A stretch of DNA of 64,000 bases, from IMG/VR virus record IMGVR_UViG_3300040856_003274, positions 64,001-128,000 of that record; one strand, written 5' to 3'. The number at the start of each line of letters is the position of its first letter. Within the stretch, counting starts at the first letter, position 1. The notes under the pieces were generated by a model. The model was not told the DNA's origin. It did not search any database and was given only the letters and a program-made list of their open reading frames with translations. This DNA is from a virus. Of this stretch, positions 59,901-64,000 are shown one piece after another. A program made the translations under genes and the position numbers.

Positions 59901-60341
59901 CTCAAGGTGTCGATAATAGTTCTGCCTATGATCTTCTGCCATACGCATTTTTCGCTTGTATGCCCAGCTCAAGTCCACGATCTCATTTCTGTGTAGCTCT
60001 TTCGATTTTTCGTAAGCCACTTTCAGACTCGCTAAGTAGTCTCCCCCAAAGTCTACTTTTGAATGAGCCGCGCTGAGCTCCCTCATCATCCTGCTTTGAT
60101 ATTCTGCAAACTCTCTTAGGTTTGCCCCTGCTTTAGTAAAAGCCTCTTTAAAGGTATCCGAAAATTGCTTAAGCACTTGTTTATTTTTAAGCGCCCAGTT
60201 TTCTTCTGCTCGGCTCATCGTTTTGAGCCTACCGACATAATCCTTATAAAGCGCCTCCATATTACGCTTAAACTCAGCAGTAGATTTCTTTTGGTGTTCT
60301 TCGGTAAATCTCTCGCCTGCTTCAATCACTTGATTTGGCAT
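56925..60341 (-). CDS. Tape measure protein
   Basis: 1138 aa, Ala/Gly/Lys-rich and alpha-helical, C-terminal NVIINI segment; canonical position after the tube and chaperone genes. Confidence 0.8.
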   Translation of the reverse strand: MPNQVIEAGERFTEEHQKKSTAEFKRNMEALYKDYVGRLKTMSRAEENWALKNKQVLKQFSDTFKEAFTKAGANLREFAEYQSRMMRELSAAHSKVDFGGDYLASLKVAYEKSKELHRNEIVDLSWAYKRKMRMAEDHRQNYYRHLESAEFLLEESNKAKNKADQEFYKNGARLERERAKKSLELMQGITEEAKQEVDDRLKIYKKEAEAVAELNKQFNQRGGKNPLADASENIATAADMMTGGLGDFLSKLKNRDLKGIGESLSKAGDFGRTLEGRGTQKGAGASAKVFGMIGKLLKSFGPALRIFGALAKGFANVISFIIDIESAGKQLNKAFLESASGADALVNTLGDESVSLNASLRDIREGVNDLYLSQGLGVTAEAAMGMVAEFQAAGITLKEMKGAMTDAKDSEAAYVKVIQHMTAQQRILGASVEDVASITERYGYSLEDIAVRFAAITDQAMQSGFGVKRFYSMVLQATTGMGVYNTRIEEAAFFATRLGKILGARGLEESGLLKKLAQGFKGQGVKENYKAMMMMGDKARKEIFSQEYGARVGNVSRSKDQGKLLAEAFKTAGLGEVDTSNEKALSKALRSVSVEERSRLLAAIRQQDGGSDMAVGLAKEIGQILQLHVGTQGRSGGAVSAGALGMTGFLKAQQAMMKRFGLTDVRQLNTDSQASIVYRSFLEEQMGYSGEQTDSFIAAIDGLRGDFDLLQREGKADTTDKKIAQIEKYGAYIDKQGKLIQAQYNKDTGKIVGEKDLGKASFDAFMRLNEGVLTKATEQRDRNLELSEQIANNTVDIAQRIEMGVTYFLQGIYSTLDSILNFFVGGNLDSTGKKRAQELYGAYDRAIKTLEKQIEETRKEESEVAKDKDLHPEEREKRIAAIRGKREKLDEGLAKVRAGKDDLREKIATKHEATIEDLNQGWGNTIETNIPYLETQINNQVKEAEKQGKVAKEGLTVNKEMKELLKDIKDDEQVERAFERLVSEGYSGEEAMKILKRVKETKGFGQGFDHYYEHREAAKRFTNLATPGSTLPTASNVGDPKVKPSAGDFVYQGDGYGNGVVTPINSFDRAMGVVYGKPNGVFDRAGRFGGAGGRGGNSNVIINIMGDPITVTRTVRKVLAAEKSRGLGGGGRTSSLYS

Positions 60342-60352
60342 AAGGATATCCC

Positions 60353-61546
60353 CTAATCATTGTCGTCTAAGATAACCCGCCTCTCTGACAAGCCCATTAA
60401 ATCTTGAGAGACGTTTGAAGAGGGCTCACTACCTTCTTTATATAGGCTCTTAAACTCTTTAGGTGCTTCATACCCTGCGTTGAACCAACGGTCGTAGACA
60501 GGGTTGACCGTCTTAGGTGCAGATATCCTATGCACTTTAGAGGTCTTCTTAATCTTAGAGGGGTCAACCGCTTCCAGCTTCGTCGCGTAGCTTTGCTCCT
60601 CTTCTGCGAGCCTAGCCTCTTCCTGAGCCTTGAGCATTTCTTGATGCCTACGGGCAAACTCCTTATCCGCGTTGCTCTTAATCTCTTCCTTGAAGTTACG
60701 GACAACCTTATCGTGTAAGTCCTCCTCGCCTGTAACCCAGCGCCTAAACTCTTCTGCTAACTCGTCAGCAGACTTAGGTTGGAATATCTTCTCCCCGTTG
60801 ACCTCTAAGACATTACCAATACCACCACTCTTGAGGAAGTCTGACTTATCCGTCTCCCCTATAAAGCGGTAGTAAGCAATATCATGCGTCCTTTGATGGT
60901 TAGCTTCATCCTCGCTAAGTTTCTTCTTATCTGCGTCTGTAATCTTTTGAACCGCTTTAGGGTTTTGAGACGACATAACCGCCTTAGTTAACTCCCACTC
61001 GCCCATGTACTGAACCCTGCTGTCTTCATGTTGATTATAAGACAGCCACACCTCTTGTATTGGGTTAAGGCTCATCTTTTCAGTGCCAGGCAGTCCTGTC
61101 ACATGACTAAGATTAGGGTAGCCTTTACCGATATCACTCCACATCTTGCGAGAGATCGTCTCGTAAAGAAAGCTCTCGATGTAAACAAAGCATTCGTTTT
61201 GCTTGGAGAAAAGCTCTAACAGTGCGTGATATATTTTGTTTATAAACGGTTGGGGCATATCCTGTAGAGTCTTGTATATCTCATAAGAGTGAGACACGCT
61301 GTCCTCTAGCAGGTATTGTCCGTCAAATAACCACACGCTATGCGCGATAGCCCACAGATACCAGTTTGAGGCGCTAGGGCTGTAACGCTCTTGTATGAGA
61401 AACAAGTCAGAGTCGTTAAGGGTACGGAGGGAAATCTGTACCCCGTTAACTAGGACTTTCTTAGTGAGGAACCCTCTCTCGATCATGGGGATGATATCTT
61501 CGTAGATCGCCTCACGTTGTTTTGAGGTAGAGGGCTCTATGATCAT
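60353..61546 (-). CDS. Probable tail assembly chaperone
   Basis: Lies between tube and tape measure; its N-terminus (VNGVQISLRTL) resembles the adjacent gene (VNGTKITLRVL). Confidence 0.55.
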   Translation of the reverse strand: MIIEPSTSKQREAIYEDIIPMIERGFLTKKVLVNGVQISLRTLNDSDLFLIQERYSPSASNWYLWAIAHSVWLFDGQYLLEDSVSHSYEIYKTLQDMPQPFINKIYHALLELFSKQNECFVYIESFLYETISRKMWSDIGKGYPNLSHVTGLPGTEKMSLNPIQEVWLSYNQHEDSRVQYMGEWELTKAVMSSQNPKAVQKITDADKKKLSEDEANHQRTHDIAYYRFIGETDKSDFLKSGGIGNVLEVNGEKIFQPKSADELAEEFRRWVTGEEDLHDKVVRNFKEEIKSNADKEFARRHQEMLKAQEEARLAEEEQSYATKLEAVDPSKIKKTSKVHRISAPKTVNPVYDRWFNAGYEAPKEFKSLYKEGSEPSSNVSQDLMGLSERRVILDDND

Positions 61547-62535
61547 TAGTTGCTCATCTTAAAGTTGGGATTAGACGGCGCTGAATGATTAGGGTTAAGG
61601 GTAGCATTAGGCTTCGATTTATCGGCGCTAGGGGCGCGGTTATCAAGCGTCTGTGTAGGCATACGGTATACTTCCACACCGCCGATGGACTCAGGCTTTG
61701 CAGGAGGAGGTGGTTGCTGGGCTTCCTGCTCTTGGCGCTCTTTAAGTAGACGGAGGTTTTCTTCGTTTACTTCTCGCTGATACTCTTCATCAAGGTTAGG
61801 GTGGTAGCTCCCATCGCTTGCGCGTGCGGGCGTGGGCGCGGGAGACTCTTCCTTCTTAGGAGGAGGAGGTGGTGCTACATTAGGGATAGCAGACTCTCTC
61901 TTTATGGGGAGTCCTTTCTCTGCGAGCACGTTTTCAGGGGTGATGTCTACCTTCTCGGCTTCTTCACTGTTTGCCATATCGAGAGATTTAGAGAACGCGG
62001 TGTCTTCTTTCCCGTCTCCGCGTTTTGCCTTAAGCTCTTTCAGGCGCTCTTCAAGTCGCTCAATTTCTTTATCGAGGACTTCGGGCTCATAAACGATACT
62101 CTCTTCGACTTGAGCTTCAACAAACTCTGTTAGCTCACCAAACTTCTTAAATACGGATGAGAGCATATCGCGCCCCCATTCGGAGACTAAGCTCTCTAAG
62201 GCTTCGTGTTTAGGGATTTTGATTGAGACACCGTTAGCTAGGGTTTCCCCAGTCTCGATGTGCTTAACATTACGGAGATCGAGGCTATCAATAGCGACGA
62301 TAGCATACGAGAGTGTGGCTATACGGAAGCGTTGCAAGTAATCAGCGGCAGTGACTTGGTTAGTCTCGCCGTCTTCTGAGAGAGCTTCCATAGCTTTCTT
62401 TTGGACTTCAATCTCCTCATTAGGTCTTAAAACCCTTAAGGTGATCTTAGTGCCGTTGACCTCGAAAGATCGCTCTTGATTACCTAAATCAGCGACCTTA
62501 GAGAGCGCCGACTTCAAATCCTTTAAATTGACCAT
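61546..62535 (-). CDS. Probable tail assembly chaperone with disordered Pro/Glu-rich C-terminus
   Basis: ITLRVLRPNEE..TLSYAIVAID; directly follows the tube gene. Confidence 0.6.
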   Translation of the reverse strand: MVNLKDLKSALSKVADLGNQERSFEVNGTKITLRVLRPNEEIEVQKKAMEALSEDGETNQVTAADYLQRFRIATLSYAIVAIDSLDLRNVKHIETGETLANGVSIKIPKHEALESLVSEWGRDMLSSVFKKFGELTEFVEAQVEESIVYEPEVLDKEIERLEERLKELKAKRGDGKEDTAFSKSLDMANSEEAEKVDITPENVLAEKGLPIKRESAIPNVAPPPPPKKEESPAPTPARASDGSYHPNLDEEYQREVNEENLRLLKERQEQEAQQPPPPAKPESIGGVEVYRMPTQTLDNRAPSADKSKPNATLNPNHSAPSNPNFKMSN

Positions 62536-62547
62536 ATTTACCTCAAG

Positions 62548-62597
62548 AAAAGCCTGTGGGATTGTTGGCTTAGACTAGCTTATACCCACAGGCTTTT
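62548..62597 (-). terminator. Hairpin/terminator after the tail tube gene
   Basis: 13-bp inverted repeat AAAAGCCTGTGGG...CCCACAGGCTTTT followed by a T-run on the minus strand. Confidence 0.6.
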
Positions 62598-62607
62598 CAA
62601 GAAGCTA

Positions 62608-63360
62608 TTATTGGCTAAAACGGACAGACCCTACCTGACCAATTGTAGGATCATTACCCGTAGCCATAAACTCGCCGTAGACACTAGCACCGTCATGGAC
62701 ATCTGAGATCATCGCCTCAGACTCTTCCATAACAATGCCTGTGTCTTTCTCGAAGCTGTTGCTGTACGAGGTGAGCCAACAAGCCTCAAAGAAAGTGATC
62801 ATGGCAGAGTGACCCGCGTTGTCTGCGTGCTGACCTCCGATAGTCACAGGGTTAGGCCCGATGCCACCGTCATTAAACTGCATTTGACGGATACCTGCCT
62901 GCTCACCCTGACCTGCTAAGCCGACATTAGGCGCGTTTAAGTCATTGTCTACGAGCGTAGAGAATACGAGCTGTTGCTCAATGTCAAAAGGCCAACGATG
63001 GTGCGCAAGGCTTCTTACGGGGCCATCTACGCCTGCCGCATAACCCATCGCCTGCCAAATATTGCTCAGATAAAGCATGGTACGGCTAAGGGAAGCTGTG
63101 GGTGGTTCGGTGACTGAGGGGACAAGCTCTGCGACCTGATCCCCAAAACCGATACCTCTCACGGGCTCTACAGAACGTGAGTTAGAGAAACTGATAGAGG
63201 CAAGGACACCTACTTGGTTTCTTTGGTTTTGCCCGTAAGCAGGGGTGAGCACACGTAGTTTTTGTGATACTACGGTGCGTGTGTTAGGTGTTGTGCCGTA
63301 TTTATACAGGTACGAGCTACCCTGCGCCCCGCGTACCGCGTTTAAGTCTTGATTAGGCAT
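62608..63360 (-). CDS. Probable tail tube protein
   Basis: VGVLASISF..SRSVEPVRGIG.G..VAELVP, WPFDIEQ, FEACWLTSYS; AAGGAG RBS; followed by a terminator. Confidence 0.7.
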   Translation of the reverse strand: MPNQDLNAVRGAQGSSYLYKYGTTPNTRTVVSQKLRVLTPAYGQNQRNQVGVLASISFSNSRSVEPVRGIGFGDQVAELVPSVTEPPTASLSRTMLYLSNIWQAMGYAAGVDGPVRSLAHHRWPFDIEQQLVFSTLVDNDLNAPNVGLAGQGEQAGIRQMQFNDGGIGPNPVTIGGQHADNAGHSAMITFFEACWLTSYSNSFEKDTGIVMEESEAMISDVHDGASVYGEFMATGNDPTIGQVGSVRFSQ

Positions 63361-63404
63361 GAGAGAGTCTCCTTAAGGTTAGACGTGTTTATATATCAGA
63401 TACA

Positions 63405-64000
63405 TTATTCAATCATTATGAACTCTACACCGCCGACACCATTTTCTTTATCGACTCTGTAGAGTGCTACTTGCCTACGATTTCCGACATAGCCTTTAAG
63501 TCTGTGCCAGCGATCCGTCCCACTTAAACTAGGCATCGTCCACACACGGCAACCGTTAAACTCATCGGCTCTAACCTTATGACCATGCCAGTGTCCCGTA
63601 AACCATTCCCAACCGCCTTTACACTCACCCCAATCCCCTGCGCGGTCTATCGCCATAACTGAAGGTAGGTCGCTCGCTTTTGTCCCGTCTCCGTGGTGAA
63701 AGCCCAAGAGTGAGTTACCGTGGCGAGTGTAAGAAAAGCCGTCCTTCGCGATGTCAATCTCCACGGAGCTAATGTCATGGTAGCGAGCTTTTAACATTAA
63801 GCCGACACTTAAGCCTAAAACCCTATCGTGATTACCTGGGATCGCCACGACTTTTACAGGAGCAACTTTCCTGAGCCCTTCGATGATCTGCTCTAGTGCC
63901 ATAAACGCAGTAGACAGCATATCAATGGGATCGCCGTCTACGTCTTGAGGCGTGCCTTGCGTAGTGGTGTTTTGGTAGTTGTCGATATGGATCATATCGC
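63405..64000 (-). CDS. Calcineurin-like metallophosphoesterase (5' part outside the window)
   Basis: PGNHD, HHGD and TGHWH motifs. Confidence 0.8.
   Translation of the reverse strand, partial: DMIHIDNYQNTTTQGTPQDVDGDPIDMLSTAFMALEQIIEGLRKVAPVKVVAIPGNHDRVLGLSVGLMLKARYHDISSVEIDIAKDGFSYTRHGNSLLGFHHGDGTKASDLPSVMAIDRAGDWGECKGGWEWFTGHWHGHKVRADEFNGCRVWTMPSLSGTDRWHRLKGYVGNRRQVALYRVDKENGVGGVEFIMIE

Noticed and set aside
60353-62535. Programmed frameshift between tail chaperones
   Set aside because: The two ORFs are joined by a normal TAATG stop/start overlap and I could not identify a convincing slippery site.
1-64000. tRNA or rRNA genes
   Set aside because: None recognised by eye; a tRNAscan/Infernal run would be needed to exclude them.

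Overview
This window looks like part of a large (probably jumbo) contractile-tailed bacteriophage genome. The right half (about 34.2-64 kb, all minus strand) is a tail/baseplate operon: probable tail tube, two probable chaperones, tape measure, two tube-like initiators, hub, spike and a 3450-aa baseplate-region protein. The left half is accessory. It holds host-like metabolic genes (Fe/Mn SOD, PhoH2, pckA, glmS), a DUF481-like outer-membrane barrel, a divergent vWA/MoxR-AAA pair, a DGQHR/DndB-like protein and many small unknown genes. Three structures stand out. (1) At 21.4-26.3 kb, three genes carry 12 tandem, internally divergent ~100-155 aa modules. Each opens with WGxPxKxNxW and closes with a K/R-x-A-S linker, suggesting a protease-processed polyprotein cassette of diversified paralogs. 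(2) At 13.65-21.0 kb, a ~7.3 kb non-coding array is built from three or four co-oriented short motifs with variable spacers; it is not a CRISPR. (3) A dispersed cassette grammar: accessory genes start at a near-invariant TGTCGGGGGAAAAAAGTAATCCGTA promoter-like motif and end at a long imperfect hairpin followed by TGTCGGGAG(TAA). All family assignments come from motif recognition by eye; no searches were run.
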